From a plasmid: a stretch of DNA of 64,000 bases. Below, one piece after another: positions 63,212 to 64,000 of the stretch. The notes beneath the pieces are model-generated. The model worked only from the letters and a program-made list of their open reading frames with translations, did not search any database and was not told where the DNA came from. Where the stretch lies: sequence record NZ_LC532224.1; one strand, given 5' to 3'. A program made the translations under genes and the position numbers. Position 1 is the first letter of the stretch; each line of letters opens with the position of its first letter.

Positions 63212-64000
63212 GGCTTTGTTGAATAAATCAGATTTCGGGTAAGTCTCCCCCGTAGCGGGTTGTGTTTTCAGGCAATACGCACGCTTTCAGGCATACCTGC
63301 TTTCGTCATTTTGTTCAGCGCTCGTACCAGGGCCATAGCCTCCGCAACCTGACCATCGTAGTCACGCAGCGTCAGTGAACCCCCGAACAGCTGTTTTACC
63401 CGGTACATCGCCGTTTCCGCTATCGAGCGACGGTTGTAATCTGTTGTCCATTTCCACCGCGCATTACTCCCGGTCATTCGCTGATTAGCCACTGCACGGT
63501 TACGGTCTGCATATTCACCGGGCCAGTAACCCGCACCTTTTCGGGGAGGGATAAGCGCGCTGATTTTCTTACGCCGCAGTTCATCGTGACATAGCCGGGT
63601 ATCGTAAGCGCCATCGGCGGCGGCTGACCTGATTTTCCGGTGGGTTTGCCGGATTAACCCGGGGAAGGCCTCTGAGTCCGTAACGTTGTTCAGCGACAGG
63701 TCAGCGCAGATGATTTCATGTGTTTTACTGTCAACGGCGAGATGCAGCTTACGCCAGATACGGCGGCGTTCCTGGCCATGCTTTTTGACTTTCCACTCGC
63801 CTTCACCGAAGACCTTCAGCCCGGTGGAATCAATTACCAGGTGTGCGATTTCACCCCGGGTGGGCGTTTTGAAACTGACATTAACCGACTTTGCCCGCCT
63901 GCTGACACAGCTGTAATCCGGGCAGCGTAGCGGAACGTTCATCAGAGAAAAAATGGAATCAATAAAGCCCTGCGCAGCGCGCAGGGTCAGCCTGAATACG
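63212..64000 (-). mobile_element. IS903-like (IS5 family) element, partial and continuing past the window end
   Basis: Terminal IR GGCTTTGTTGAATAAATC at 63212-63229. Contains the transposase C-terminus. Confidence 0.85.
63268..64000 (-). CDS. IS903-family transposase, N-terminus beyond window
   Basis: ...DSTGLKVFGEGEWKVKKHGQERRRIWRKLHLAVD...MTKAGMPESVRIA matches the IS903 Tnp. The frame stays open to position 64000. Confidence 0.85.
   Translation of the reverse strand, partial: VFRLTLRAAQGFIDSIFSLMNVPLRCPDYSCVSRRAKSVNVSFKTPTRGEIAHLVIDSTGLKVFGEGEWKVKKHGQERRRIWRKLHLAVDSKTHEIICADLSLNNVTDSEAFPGLIRQTHRKIRSAAADGAYDTRLCHDELRRKKISALIPPRKGAGYWPGEYADRNRAVANQRMTGSNARWKWTTDYNRRSIAETAMYRVKQLFGGSLTLRDYDGQVAEAMALVRALNKMTKAGMPESVRIA

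Overview
The window reads as a large conjugative-plasmid backbone of the IncHI / MOB_H type from Enterobacteriaceae, broken up by insertion sequences.

The F-like mating-pair-formation genes are split into two clusters. One cluster is TraN/TraU/TraW/peptidase-like (trhN-U-W-P, 8.1-14.5 kb), next to a 1434-aa bacterial-Ig-like (Big-domain) secreted protein. The other is TraF/TraH/TraG-like (trhF-H-G, 39.2-45.6 kb).

A plus-strand mobilisation operon runs from 48.2 to 58.4 kb. It has two small putative accessory genes, an HD-motif (MOB_H-type) relaxase of about 1050 aa, a 694-aa VirD4-type coupling protein and a 4-TM TraJ-like protein. Unusually, it ends with an S49 (SppA-like) peptidase and a membrane-anchored NERD-domain protein. 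Just upstream of this operon are three tandem palindromic repeats of about 43 bp (47.85-48.0 kb), a candidate oriT.

Mobile DNA comprises IS26 (19190-20009) inserted into and truncating an IS5-family copy. Two identical, directly oriented IS1 copies (26790-27558 and 30078-30846) flank a captured enterobacterial chromosomal fragment (uspE'-ynaJ-ynaI). A partial IS903 lies at the right edge.

Accessory cargo includes an SOS-regulated umuDC/mucAB-like polymerase V pair with a perfect LexA box, DsbA-like and DsbC-like oxidoreductases, and a lytic transglycosylase.

The items most worth follow-up are these:
- An orphan colicin-type HNH DNase toxin gene (37500-38561) is followed by a SUKH-like immunity gene.
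- A dispersed, strongly over-represented 11-bp palindrome AAAGTWACTTT has 13 perfect sites, mostly at gene boundaries and in the candidate oriT region.
- An uncharacterised module at 1.4-7.0 kb encodes an AAA_5 ATPase, a partner protein, an OB-fold protein, a membrane protein and a UvrD-like helicase.
- An operon for a 1111-aa protein of unknown function sits between IS remnants (20.5-26 kb).

All calls come from reading the sequence and from recalled family signatures. No database searches were run.
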